From positions 60,946,001 through 61,010,000 of the forward strand of contig NC_043003.1 of the NCBI RefSeq assembly GCF_006345805.1: a DNA stretch of 64,000 nt. The letters are read 5' to 3'. This stretch comes from Octopus sinensis. Its lineage: Eukaryota. Positions 11,883 to 25,291 of the stretch are shown here, piece after piece. The notes below the pieces were generated by a model. That model was not told where the DNA came from. It did no database searches and saw only the letters and a program-made list of their open reading frames with translations. How positions within the stretch are numbered: the stretch's first letter is position 1; each line of letters opens with the position of its first letter. Position numbers and translations under genes: made by a program.

Positions 11883-13949
11883 TTAATGATGGTAATAACA
11901 ATGATACCAATAATGAAACTAATTTTTTCCTTTAAGTGTAACAATGACAATTTTAGCAGTATAGACAGTATTGTTCAGAGTAATTTTCTACTGACAGGAA
12001 ATATCGATTACTGCAGTAAGTAGAATTCGTCCACATTCCGAAGCAGCTATGCGATGTATCAACAGATTGATAAAATACGTGCAAATCATAACTTCCATGG
12101 ATTGTAGACGTACGTTGTAGAGACCCTCTTTTTAAAATAAACATGGAATGAGAAATGCTATTAGCAAGATGCACTGGCCGATAATAAATGAGAATGTAAC
12201 GATATCCAATTCTGTTGCTCATTTACGCAATTTCTTATATACTTGCATAATTGCAACAACAGACTTTGCACAATTAAATAAACATGTTATCATTACAAAA
12301 TACAGAAGCTGCCAACACGAAGAAGATAATTGGAAGCATAAAATGAAGTATGAAATCGATATTCTGTGTAGCGAAACAAGTAAAATATAATTCTCGAGAT
12401 AGTATATAACTCTTCGAGAAAAAATGTAATCAAAATATATACTGTATGACGATTAAATGCAACATAAATAGCGAGTAAATGTAGTTATAAGTACTGAAAT
12501 ACTTATAAAAGATTTTAAAAAGCATGAAATCCAAGGAAAAGGTCTTTGAAAACAACCCTTAAAAATTGTATGCGATATAACGGCTTAGAAGTTAACAAAG
12601 CTTTAAATAATCATCAGAAAAATTTAATTTAATGAAGTTGAAAATAGAGGCGTATATAGGAACAATAGAAATTAAGTGGTCATACCCAAGATCATTAAGT
12701 TTCGAGAACTGTAAGTGTACAGGCGTCATTGCACTTTCATAAGGTGGCGAACTGACAGAATCGTTAGCATGCCGGACGAAATGCATGGCAGCATTTTGTC
12801 CCTCTTTACGTTCTGAGATCAATTCTTACATGGTAAGAATTGTTTTAGAACCATCGAATCACCTGACCTTGATTGCATAACAAACTATTTTAGACAAGAT
12901 GGATAAGGATGTGCAGAGAAAAAAAAAAACAACACAAAATGTCCTCATCATATCTGAGACGATCTTCAATATTGTTGGAACAGAATTACAAGTCGTTATC
13001 TAATGAACTTGGTTGAGAGAATGCTAAAAGTTACGTAAATCTAATCAAGATAAAATCCAATTACTTGTGAATAGTTAACATAGAAGATATTTGTGTTTGA
13101 TAATCATTTCGTAATCTCACTGCACAAGACAGGCTTGTGTTTTTAGTATTTCAAAGTTTTCGGTCTGATGTCAAAAGATTAAACAGACAAAAGCTATAAC
13201 ACTTCTCTACGTAGGCGTCCACTCTTTTACCTCTTGCTTGCATTGTATTTTTAGTCGCTACTTTTCAAAGAGACACTATTGTTGCTTCAGACTTTAAAAA
13301 AACACGTTTCATTCATCTGTTTAATGCTATTTTAAGAAAATATTTTCTTAAATTCGTCTTCTGACAAATATTAAATTTGCTTTTAATCAATTTATTTCTG
13401 TAAAATGTAAACATTCAAATGTTTCCCAGTATTTTTCCAATTAAAGCAGAATCATACCACAAATAGTTTCCTTTATGGTGAATAACTGAAGCAAATGAAA
13501 AAAAGGAGACATGAAATACTTCAGTGTTAAATAATTGAATCTCTGAATAATGTCTCTTGTTTCCAAGACAAGACAGGTTTTATGTGTCAATGAAGGAGCA
13601 TGTATTTTAGTACACACAGTTGTTGAGTTGCTATTTCAAATTTTGTACAATATTTACACCGAGGTTCAGAATTAAACTCTTCTTGAACATGAAATATTAT
13701 TCAGCTTTGATTCTCGGTTGAAGTAATCATACCCTACACTTTTACTGCTTATATCATTGAGAAAATATATATGTGGCAGCTTTCGATATTCTTTATATTT
13801 CTAAGCAAGAAAAGCATTCTTACTCCTTCAATGTAAAATTAAAGAACTAAGAATTCTATATTGTAATCCTGCTGACCCATGCTGTCTTTCATCCTTCTAA
13901 GATTAATATAAAAGTCGTGTTCATGACTAGTAAGATTGAATTAATCATG

Positions 13950-14674
13950 GGTTCTTTACATTTTGACCGACAGATTTAAAAAATTATTATTTGTACCTAA
14001 ACACTTTCAAACTTCGGACACTGGTAGAATGTGTCATATAAAACATCTTTTACTCTTAGCGTTTTTGAGAAAAACTTATATTTAGGAATTTATTTTACGT
14101 TAAAGTTGTAGTAATTCGGTAATTTCAACCAATCAATGACGTGTATTCAGCTGAATAAAATTACTGCCGTTGTTTGTCAACAATAACTATCGGCGGTTTA
14201 TTTTTCACTTGTCACTGTTATTTATGACATCGTTCGCACGTTTGTAATGTGTTTAGCTTTAAGGTTTTAGGGTCAGGGTTAGTGTTTTAGGGTTAGGGTT
14301 AAGGTTTTAGGGTTAGGGTTAGTGTTTTAGGGTTAGGGTTAAGGTTTTAGGTTAGGGTGTTAGGGTGTTAGGGTTAAGGTTTTGGGATTAAGGTTATCAT
14401 AAATAACAGTGACAAACGAAACATACACCGCCGGAAGTTCTAGTTGATAAACAACGGCAGTAATTTTATTCAGCTGAATACACGTCATTGATTGGTTGAA
14501 ATTACCGAATTACTACAGCTTTAATGTGAAATAACTTCCTAAATATAAGTTTTTCTCAAAAATGCTAACAGTAAAATATGTTTTATATGACACATTCTAC
14601 CAGTGTCCGAAGTTTGAAAGTGTTTAGTTACAAGAAATTATTTTTTAAATCTGTCGGTCAAAAAGTAAAGATCC
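13950..14674. mobile_element. Non-autonomous Mutator/Foldback-like element with about 280-bp TIRs and 9-bp TSD
   Basis: Arms 13950-14227 and 14397-14674 are inverted copies, termini GGTTCTTTAC / GTAAAGATCC. Direct repeat TTAATCATG at 13941-13949 and 14675-14683. Confidence 0.85.
14261..14395 (+). repeat. Telomere-like TTAGGG minisatellite (20-bp units) inside the fold-back element
   Basis: Alternating AAGGTTTTAGGGTTAGGGTT and AGTGTTTTAGGGTTAGGGTT units, degenerating at the 3' end. Confidence 0.9.
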
Positions 14675-15199
14675 TTAATCATGATCTGAGGTCGATATAC
14701 TCGACCATGCACTGAACCATGAATTACTTGTGACTATATAAGTCATCGTCGTTATTACCTTTAGTCACTTAAGTACATATTCAGCCAACGGGAGAGAGCC
14801 TCGACTTTGTTACACGACTATTAAAAATATCAACGAACTTTCTCCCAAATTCCACCTTTTGTAAAAGAGCAAAAGTACCCGCTGGATAATGAAGTATTAT
14901 ATAGAATGACTGTAAGACATGATTGTCATGGATGAAACGTCTTTGGTCGTAGATCTCGATCAGGGCTGATTTGGTAGCTTTCAACATTAACAGCAACAAG
15001 TCTTTGTCACCCTTATAACTCTCCATACCTCATAGATTGTCATAGGCCCATTTCTAGCAATCATTTAAACACAATGCTTTATTATTCGACATTCAGACTA
15101 AATAGAAAGCAAATTTTCTATAAATTACATCTTACCGTCCGTTAAAAGATAATTTGAATAATGTTGTCATAAGTGTCTTATACACAGTAAAAATTAACT

Positions 15200-15810
15200 C
15201 ACAAGATATTGACTGATCCGGCGCTATAGTAGAAGACGCATGCCCAGGTTACTGTGCAATGAGATTGAACCCGAAACCATGTGGTTGTAAAGTGAGCTTT
15301 TTAACCACACAACCATGACTGCATCGGTTGCAAAGTGAGCTTCTTAACCACGCTAGAATCACTGCACGCACACACACACACACACATCTTTTATTTTTTC
15401 TTTCTTTCAGTAATTAGTAATACTACGGCCATGCTGGTGCACCACCTTGGACAATGCTTTTCAGCCAAATAAGTCGACCCCAGTACTTTTCTCGTTTTTG
15501 TTAAGCCTAGTACTTATTCTATTGGTCTCTTTTCTCAAACCATTAAGTTACGGCGCTATAAACAGACCAACATTGGTTCAGACGGTGGTGGGGGAAAACA
15601 CAGACACAAAGTCACCCCCCCCCACACACACATAAATATATACGACGGGCCTCTTTCGTTTTCGTGTACCAAATCTACTCACAAGGCTTTGGTCAGCCCG
15701 AGGCTATAGCAGAAGACATTTGCCCGTGGTGCCACATAGTGGGACTGAACCCGGAACCATATGGTTGGGAAGCAAGTTTCTTACCACACAGCTACGCATA
15801 TGTGTGCGTG
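15200..15810 (-). mobile_element. Family B tRNA-derived SINE copies (probably Octopus OR-type)
   Basis: Reverse complement of TGGCTGTGTGGTAAG...CCGGGTTCAGTCCCACT...GGCAAGTGTCTTCT and of the GACAACCGATG..GGTTCGGCAAAAGAG body. Confidence 0.8.
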
Positions 15811-15820
15811 TGTTTCTTTG

Positions 15821-15869
<49 letters not shown>

Positions 15870-15879
15870 GTGTGTGTGT

Positions 15880-15921
<42 letters not shown>

Positions 15922-15927
15922 TATATA

Positions 15928-15959
<32 letters not shown>

Positions 15960-16223
15960 AAACAAGTTTAAAATGATGGCCATCTTATACTTTTCCTTTA
16001 TTGGAGCAAATTTGGCTTACAGTTGTTTCCTGTAGTCATTATCAGTACATTGGTGATAGGTTTACTCAACTGATCTATTGTGCAATTGAGAAAAATTGAA
16101 CGACCTAGGAAAATTAATGCTACTTTCATCAGAGCCACTTCTGGTCGTGTGTGTGTGTGTCTGTGTGTGTATGCATAAGTGTATGTATTATATATATATA
16201 TAATATATATATATATATAATAT

Positions 16224-16254
<31 letters not shown>

Positions 16255-16886
16255 TTGTAGGTGGGGAATAAAAAAAGGCACTCGTATTGCAGCTTATGTT
16301 CCTCTAACCCTTCCACCACCATCTATCTCCTTCCCTGTAAACTCGATACAACGAAGGAAAAGAAAAGAAATTGTACGTATTTGTATGTCAATGTATGAAT
16401 GTATAACACTGGATCAGTAAAACCAATTTGTAATTCTAGAAATGAGATTCATAATGTCAAAGAAAAATATATCTCAGTAGGCTTTTACCTGTCATCACTG
16501 ACAAAAAGACGTCACATAAGAATTCTCCAAATTAGGACAAGGGAGTGTGAGGCACTTTAGAAAAGCTTCTCATATAAACAATTATAAAGAATTACAAAAG
16601 AATTACATTTTCCGTGCAAAAGTATTCTGCATCATGTATATTTGGTATAAGTAACAGAGTGATCCAAAGACCAAGAAATTCGTGTGTTAGCATTTATCAA
16701 CACACACACGTATAGAGAGAAAATATAAGGGGTTTAGTTCACTGAATTTAGATTCTAAACCAATAGGTACGCGGCGTATTTGCTATAATTAGTTATCTGT
16801 CAGGTTCTAAATTCACGGCTGAGGCTGGAGCTAGGGATCTGTAGTAGGGATCTGTAGGCTTCCAAGCCAGCTAGTATATATTATAG

Positions 16887-17062
16887 CAGCGCTTCTTAAT
16901 CTATGGATCGCAAAGTGAAATGCTGAGGTCGCGAAAATTAAATTCAAACACTTGAATTACGGTTTATATGTTATTTCAAAAACGCATATTTAATACCTGG
17001 GATTGCGAAAGGTCTCGTGATAAAAAATGGTGTCATGAATGTAAAAGGTTTATGAAGCGCTG
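16887..17062. mobile_element. hAT-like MITE
   Basis: TIRs CAGCGCTTCTTAATCT / AGGTTTATGAAGCGCTG; degenerate 8-bp TSD tattatag / tattaatg. Confidence 0.6.
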
Positions 17063-17098
17063 TATTAATGGAAAAAGAAAACGAAACCAAGGGAGCGA

Positions 17099-17229
17099 CA
17101 GGCGTCTCAGGCTATTTAGAATATTCACTTAGAGTAAAGGTGAATCAAAGAAGAAGTACTTCTACTTTTTTTTTATTCACCTTAAATCTAATTAAATTAA
17201 ATTCTAAATGACCTGAGATACTCGTCCTG
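17099..17229. repeat. Imperfect palindrome of about 130 bp (MITE relic)
   Basis: Centred on AAGT|ACTT; arms tctcagg..tttagaat..aaggtgaat versus attcacctt..attctaaa..cctgaga. Confidence 0.6.
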
Positions 17230-17249
17230 CTTTTCCCTTTAATATATAC

Positions 17250-17301
<52 letters not shown>

Positions 17302-17308
<7 letters not shown>

Positions 17309-17558
17309 CTTGAGCAAGACACTTTAATTCACGTTGCTCCAGTTCACTCAGCTGTAGAAATGAGTTGCGACGTCACGGGTGCCAAGCTGTATCGGCCTTT
17401 GCCTTTCCCTTGGATAACACTGGTGGCGTGGAGAGGGGAGGCCGGTATGCATGGGCGACTGCTGGTCTTCCATAAACCACCTTACCCAGACTTGTGACTA
17501 GGAGAGTAACTTTCTAGGTGCAATCCCATGGTCAGTGTCGTGACCGAAGGGGGTCCCG
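17302..17558 (+). mobile_element. SINE family C fragment (conserved central domain, GC-rich tail)
   Basis: CTTGAGCAAGACACTTTA..CACGTTGCTCCAG..CACTCAGCTG shared with the copy at 45099. Confidence 0.6.
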
Positions 17559-17575
17559 GATATATATATATATAT

Positions 17576-17820
17576 ATATTACATGCATATAAGAGGGATG
17601 GCCACTAAGGGGACATCCATTATGTTAGAAGTCGACCCCCTATGGTCTTACAATTAAGAAAGGAATGTTCTCAAGAAAATTTGTCTTATTAGCTTACGTT
17701 CTGGCGTTTGCTAAATTTTCTTGAGAACATTCCTTTCTTAGTGGATAGACCATAGGGGAGCGACTTCTAGCATAATGGATGTCCACTTAGTGGTCATCCC
17801 CTCTTATATGTATGTAATAT
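17576..17820. mobile_element. Palindromic MITE with about 105-bp arms in a TA context
   Basis: 17576-17682 and 17713-17820 are near-perfect inverted copies with a spacer of about 30 bp. Confidence 0.8.
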
Positions 17821-17901
17821 TTATCTGAATCTTCAGATTTTTCTATATGCTAGACCATTGGTTTTAAATTGATGTTAAATCAATATTCAATTTTTCACAC
17901 T

Positions 17902-17940
<39 letters not shown>

Positions 17941-18372
17941 TGTATGTGTAAGCATATACGTACACACACATATACTCCACATATACACATAATACACATA
18001 TTTATGAACACATACGATTGAACCATCAAATTTAAGAAAATTTGATATCTACTTAATACATAGAATATCGTTAATCCCGTTCGTATACCTAAAAGCGTAA
18101 GCATCTTCCAAAGTTCAATCTGACTTTGTGCAATTTATGAAACAATAAAATTTTCAACGATATCAAGATAGAAGTTTTCTTCATCCTGTGATCGTCGGAA
18201 GAGCGATCCTAACAGTTATAGTATTATCCCTGCAAATCACGGATAAATAGTTATTCAAAGGGTTAAATTGTACCGTTTGTAAATTTTCTTCTTTTTCTCA
18301 TTTTGTGATCCACGAAACTACTGGTTACGATGAAAGAATAATCCCAGCTCTTTATATGCATACATACATACA

Positions 18373-18406
<34 letters not shown>

Positions 18407-18465
18407 CATACATACATACATACATATATACATACATATATATATATGTGTGTATGCTTATATAC

Positions 18466-18500
<35 letters not shown>

Positions 18501-18513
18501 ATTCTGTGCGTAT

Positions 18514-18545
<32 letters not shown>

Positions 18546-18550
18546 CATAG

Positions 18551-18598
<48 letters not shown>

Positions 18599-18653
18599 CA
18601 TAGATATATTCATACATATATATACGTGTGTGTATAAATATATATACATATAT

Positions 18654-18712
<59 letters not shown>

Positions 18713-18737
18713 CGTGTGGGTATAAATACACATACAT

Positions 18738-18779
<42 letters not shown>

Positions 18780-19149
18780 ACACACATATATATATACAGA
18801 TACACCCGCATGTCATTTTGAAAGGAGGGCTTCGCTTCATCAGTATTTCTAGTCTCCTGATAGGATTCGTCATGCCGACCAGACACGTATATTGGTTTCA
18901 AAATGTTTGAGGATTTTTCCCTCAGCGTAACTAGCTATTTGTAACATTCGTTCCGGATTGCTAGCTACTTGATATGATTCCATCTCGTTTGATGCTAGCC
19001 TTTAGTACCTAATTATAATCCATTCTTTTCTTTTACTTTCAGTTTCATTCCACTTAAAATACATGTATGTATTTCTATAAGACACTAACACAATTCATGC
19101 ATAGATTGTATGCGCACATTATAAAGATGTGTGTGTGTGTGTGTGTGTG

Positions 19150-19550
19150 TAAGATACTGGAGGAGCTGACACCAAACTTTGGAATTGGGAGTTATACTAG
19201 ACCTCGAATTGGACATCACTGCACTGTTCCAAAGTCTCAGCTGTCTCATCTAAGGTGGGGAACATGTACTGTAATATATTGGGATACAAGGGCCCACAGC
19301 TATTTAACGCCTTGCGAAATGATCTGAGTGATCTCTATGGAATGGGGGTAGATGTTTTCAAGAAACAACTTGACTTCTTGTTTTCCAATATCCCACATGA
19401 ACCAATATCAAGGCAGGAAACTCAAAAGAGGGTAGCAGTGTCGAACTCCTTCCTTCACCAAAAGCTAGTTACATAGAATTGGCCAATTAAAAAGTTATTG
19501 CATAGGCGGTGTTCCAGTATGGCCATAGCCTTAGGGCTGAAACATATAAT
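19150..19550 (+). mobile_element. CR1/L2-group LINE 3' fragment
   Basis: C-terminal ORF2 remnant ILEELTPNFGI..GPQLFNAL..FKKQLDFLFSNIPHEP..SNSFLHQ, followed by a 3'UTR with a stem-loop tail. Confidence 0.7.
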
Positions 19551-19573
19551 TGAAGAATAGAATAATATATATA

Positions 19574-20458
19574 TTCAGGGTACAGTGGGTAAATTCTCGC
19601 CATTTTGTATCTTTAATTTTACGCATACGGTTTGTTTAGTTTTGATTTTGTCGGTTACACAGTATAGTAGGGACAGTTGGGCACCGTTTTTGAAAAAAAC
19701 ATCACCATGGCGCTATTCACTCTGCCAGAAATTTGGTAAAAACATGCTATACTGCTTGGCATTCGCACCGGAAGCTCCAATAGGAACATTTCAGAGTATC
19801 TGGGTGTCAATTAGAGGACAGTGCAATCTGAGGATATGCACTGGGAGTGATAAAAATCGAACATCCAGTCAACAGCTTGTAGTTTGTAGATATCACTAGT
19901 GATAGCAAAGTTATACCTCCATTTATCTTCCCGCATGGCCTAGCACTCAACACGGAGGCCCACATCAAATACCTGGAGGAGGTAATGCTGCCCTGGGTCA
20001 AAAGGGTGGCTGCTGGCAGACCCTATGTCTGGCAACAGGACTCTGCACCATGCCACATAAGCAGGAGAACCCAGTCATGGCTGTCAGACAATTTCTGCGA
20101 CGACACCACTCCAAACATCTAGCCACCTAACTCCCCAGACTGCAACCCCCTTCATTATTATGTGTGGGGCACAGTTGAGCGCGAGACCAACAAAACACCA
20201 AAGATGAACTGAAGGCAAGGATTATGGCAGCATTCACCAACTTAAACAAGGAGACTGTCCAGAAGAGTTGCGGGAGATTCCGAAGTCGTCTGGAGACCGT
20301 GGTTGAAACCAATAGTGATTTTATTGAATAAATTTACTTATTATTATTTCAATAAATTTTTTTATGTAATTTTGGTAAATATGTCTGTTAAAATGAAATG
20401 TTAGTGTTATTTTCATTTTTGCGTAATTTAGACGACAATATATTCACCGCACCCTATG
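19574..20458 (+). mobile_element. maT (DD37D) Tc1/mariner-superfamily transposon, internally deleted
   Basis: Degenerate TIRs (CAGGGTACAGTGGGTAAATTCTCG / CGACAATATATTCACCGCACCCT), N-terminal remnant, and WQQDSAPCH followed by 37 residues to NPL(D>H). Contains internal stops. Confidence 0.8.
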
Positions 20459-20514
20459 TATATACATATGAAGATAGAGCTAAAAAGAAAGAAAGAAAGA
20501 AAGAAAGGTAGAGA

Positions 20515-20650
<136 letters not shown>

Positions 20651-20791
20651 TCGGCGATAGCATGACTTTGTGGTTAAGAGGTTCTCTTTGCGGCCTCGTA
20701 GTTTTCGGATCTACTTTCACAGCGTGACACCTCAAGACCAATGTCTTGTCGATGAATTTGTGGACGAAAACTGTGGATAGGCCTCTGAATG

Positions 20792-20860
<69 letters not shown>

Positions 20861-22389
20861 CACTCTCTCTCTGTCTCTCTCTCTCTCTGTCTCTCTCTCT
20901 CTCTCTCTCACACATACACACACACATGCAGACATGTATATAGATATATGTATATAGATATATGTGCTTGACAAACTGATTGTTTGTTAACATCCTTAAC
21001 GTAATGGTTCAGGAAAAGTAACATGATATAAAATAACAACTTTAAAAGTGAGCAGTAAGGTCAATTTGTTTGATTAAACTCTTCAGTGAAGTGGCTTAAA
21101 GAAACAAAAGGCAAAAGCTAACAATAAATGTATGTGTGTGTAGTTAGGTGATAGGAATGAAAGAGATAGTAACAACTACACATGTTTCGATAGACTCACC
21201 GAAGGAATATTACGTAACTTTAAATTGCTACGTAGAATTCAGTGTTCTTTCTTTTCGGGTACTTCTCCACGAGTTGCTTACAACTCCATTATCATAAAGT
21301 GGAATTATGAAGTGGCGTTTATCTTATCGGTAATTTTATCTAATTCCATACGGATCGAAATGTATTGGAGATATAGACTAGTAAATTTTATTGATCGATT
21401 ACCATCTGCCTTGTGTTGTCTATACAAGCCTTGTGTATGATTGAGACCAACCAACTGTCTGTACCACGATCATTTTTGGATCATATATATATAATCTCCT
21501 GATTGCTAGAAATTCTTAGTAGGTCAGTGTCTATACGTTCTGAATATGAACGATTACATTTTTTCTTTACTAGTCTAAATGTCTGTCCGTCCTATCAGTT
21601 CTTAGTCTGATGTTATATTAATGCACGAGTTACATCAAAAACTAAACTGACTATTATGCCCGATCATATCAGTCAACTAAATAATTTCTTATCACTTAAA
21701 TGTTACTCTTCTTTGTTGATGCTTTATTGTAGATGAAACCGTTTTCTCAAAATACAGACACACACACATATGTATGCGTATATAAGTGTGTGTGTATCTG
21801 TGCGTATGTATCTGTGTGTATGTATATATATGTATGTATGTATGCATGTATGGATCTGAGTATAAACGTGTATGTGCATATTTATGTACTTATGTAAATT
21901 TATGTATATACACATATATGCAATATGTATTATATGTATTATATGAGTAAAAATATATATGAATGTGAAGATGAATTTATATCTATACATTAACACACAC
22001 ACACAGACTCGGCAAAATATTAATAAATGTTAGCTATGTGTACCTACAATGAGGCAGAGAATGCCTGTTGGCGACTGAGTTTCTCTCCACTGGAGACAGA
22101 AAATAGATCAAACCTCTAGCGAGAGAGAATAGAGATAGTTATATTTGAAAGAGAATGTGAGAGCGAGAGATAGAGAGAGAGAGAGAGGGAGTAAAAAAGA
22201 ATGAAAAATAAAGTTTATTACATACTAAGAAACAACGTTTTAGCGAATTAGATTAGTTATTATGCATAATTCAGAAAGACGGTTCATTTAAGTGATTAAC
22301 GTTATTTTGAAACGAAAGTGTTTAACACAGCAAATATCTATCAATTGATCTATCGTTTGATCTATGAAAGACAGAGAGATAAAGAGAAA

Positions 22390-22482
22390 TTTAGATAGAT
22401 AGATAAGTAGATAGATAATTGATAGATAGATAAGTAGAGAGATAGATAATTGATAGATAGATAAGTAGACACATAGATAACT

Positions 22483-22567
<85 letters not shown>

Positions 22568-22630
22568 GTAAACAGATAGGTAGATAAATAGATAGACAGA
22601 CAGACAGACAGATAAGTAGATAGGTAGATG

Positions 22631-22667
<37 letters not shown>

Positions 22668-22735
22668 GTAGGTAGGTAGGTAGGTAGGTAGAAAGATGGA
22701 TGGATGGATGGATGGATGGATCGATCGATAGATCT
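22390..22735 (+). repeat. Compound (GATA)/(GACA)/(GGTA)/(GGAT) microsatellite
   Basis: Read directly from the sequence. Confidence 0.95.
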
Positions 22736-23187
22736 ATACACAATTCATGTGAAGATAAAAGTATGGAGAACAGTTTTGGGTTTAACTTTATTTACCCTCG
22801 TGAGAATTTTTCAATCTAACTATCTTAAGAAAATGTTACCAACAATGACTTTGTGCTTATAAAGGGCAAAGCTAAAGTTATTCAATAACGACTAATTTTC
22901 CTCTAGAAAATTACATATCTGAAAAACAAGATATTTTCCATTCGCTGCTCATTTTAATTATATGTTCAATCCCTAATAAATTTCTACTACTGATATAATA
23001 ACAACAAAAATATGAAAATAGATGAAAAGTACAATAAAAACGATAAACGAGATTCGTACATTACTCTACTTCGTTGGGACGATAAGGGTTAGAAGCGATT
23101 AAAAACGACCTTAGCTTTTCTTTACTAATCGACTGGCCCTCCTAAAAGATTTCGGGCCTTGTGCCTAGAGTAGAAAAGTATATTTAC

Positions 23188-23281
23188 CCGCGATGGAGGG
23201 ATTTCAACAAACGTAAAAGTTTCGTTCCATTCTGGTGACGAGCATTCCAAGATTGTTGTGGTTTCGAAAACTTGTGATTCA
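23188..23281 (-). CDS. RIM/Piccolo/Fife-family protein, C2A exon 2
   Basis: ttttatag|...|GTAAAT; 94 nt, phase 2-0, (N)ESQVFETTTILECSSPEWNETFTF VEIPPSR, containing the C2 PxWNxTF motif. Not in the ORF track. Confidence 0.9.
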
Positions 23282-24626
23282 CTATAAAAGAAGAAAAATG
23301 ATTAACACTTTGATGATGATGTTTATTTAACGCTTAAATAAGATTTTTTTCATAAATCTAGAAATATTATGCGGCGCTTTTAAATTTAATCATATTTACA
23401 TTGTAAATAAACACATCTACAATTTGGTAAATAACTCTATTAAACAATAGAATAGTTTAGAAAATAATAGAAGACCACTACATTTTACTTTTTCTACATT
23501 TAATTGTTTCAGCCATTAGACTGCGACCAAGCTGGGACACCGCCTTCAAAAAATTTAGTCAAGCGAATCGACCCCAGTACGTAAGTCTGGTAGTTATTCC
23601 GTTTAATTACGGAAGCATAAACGTACCAACACAGTTTATCAAACGGGGGTTGGGAAAAATGCAGAAACAAGCACACACACACACACACAGAAGCTTAGTA
23701 CGACTTGAAATAGTTTCAATGAGGAATCAAAGCAAGAAATTGCTTTCTCTGACCACTAGGAAATGAACTTCTATACAGTATTCTTCTCGTTTAGTTATCA
23801 CGGATTATTTTTCTGTTTACTGGAGACAGAGCTTTGCAGGGAAACATCCTAAACAGACTTGGTGATGCTGAGGTTGTTATCTTGCACCATTGGCATTAAA
23901 GAACTAACTGAATTTTGTTGCAGCAGAGAAATTTAATTTGATTCAATTTGACCGACTATTTAGTAGTGATTTCTTAGCCTGAGGCGAAAAAGCATACTTT
24001 TACAATAGACGATATATAACAATGCGTGGAATTCATTTTCTTTTTCAAGATGATTATTGTCTAATACGGAGGGTTTCCAGCCCGAGGTACCTGAAACCTC
24101 TGCAGATGTAAAATAGCATCTCCTGCAGTAAGCGGGAAAGTGTATATTTTATTAAAACAGCTTTCCAGAATAGAATTATTAACCCTTGAAAATAAATTTA
24201 TTCTATTAGTCACACAAAGAACTTTATTAGATTACATATATAGTTTTAACTCTTCACTCTCTCAGACTTAAAAAAAATAAGATAAAATAATAGATTAGTC
24301 ATTATAAAATTAGCTGTTCCTTCTTTAAGTATTATATTATTGTTTTGTAGAGGATTCTAAAATTAATCAAAATCTTCCACGGTGTATGGGTCATAGAAAA
24401 AGTTGGCGACCACTGGACAAACATGAAATAAAATTATTAGAATTGGAATATAAACCGCTTCACTTTGACTAACTAACCTAACGTTGCAACGCGCACTACT
24501 CACCTATGTCACTGTTGAGATATTTTCTGCAACAAATAATCGATTTCTTTAGACATTTGTTTACGTTTAACTAAATAAGAGAAAACACAAAGCAATAGTT
24601 TTGTCTTAACAGAGAAAAATAATTAC

Positions 24627-24811
24627 TTTCTTTTGGGTAGCAAATGTAGCATAGCAACAGGGTTTGGTATTTTTCTCTCGGGTTTCTCTGGAGGAACTAA
24701 ATTTGTCACTTTTATTAAAGTCACAAATAATTTCATTTGTTCTGGTTTGTAGTTAAGTTTCATTTGTAGACGTCCCGTGATCAAGCGTGTAGTATCCTTC
24801 TTTATCTCCAA
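24627..24811 (-). CDS. RIM/Piccolo/Fife-family protein, C2A exon 1
   Basis: ccttttcag|...|GTAATT; 185 nt, phase 0-2, LEIKKDTTRLITGRLQMKLNYKPEQMKLFVTLIKVTNLVPPEKPERKIPNPVAMLHLLPKR(N); resembles Piccolo ITGEIQLQINY...NLVP. Confidence 0.9.
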
Positions 24812-25199
24812 CTGAAAAGGAAATAAATTGTTATAAATGGATGAATTTTTCATTCAACGTCCCTTTGGAATACACATAAAAATACAAAGTTATTTTTGGT
24901 AAATTTCGTTTCTTCAGAATCGTCTTACGAACAGTGTCTTTACATCTCTTGGAGATATAAGACTGGAAACTACAGAAATCTATGATTGATGGATTAGTTA
25001 ATTCCTTATAGATTAGCTGATAATTAAATATAAAAATTAAGAATAACAGTTGATACAATATATTTAGCCATTTTAGAGTAGATAATTCAGCCAAGACTGG
25101 TATATAAAGGAAACAATATATCAAATTTGATTGGTGTAGCGTCACCGTAACCATTAAATTAGCAGTAAGTCTAAATTCTATTCTTGATGTAAAACTTAC

Positions 25200-25291
25200 T
25201 GGGGTTTTCGGAAGTATTCTCTTTTTCCGCCGTACTCCAAAGCTTTCGAATTCCTTGTTTATCGACTGCGTCAACTCCATATCCGTTGTGT
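25200..25291 (-). CDS. RIM/Piccolo/Fife-family protein, linker exon
   Basis: attctag|...|GTAAGT; 92 nt, phase 1-0, (D)TTDMELTQSINKEFESFGVRRKKRILPKTP. Confidence 0.85.

Noticed and set aside
11953-12390. Opposed ORFs of 89 and 80 aa in the long intron
   Set aside because: No domain similarity or convincing splice sites, and the C2A is already complete without them.
21170-21215. Possible hammerhead on the minus strand (GAAACATGTG)
   Set aside because: The CUGANGA strand is corrupted, position 17 is G and no stem I is found.
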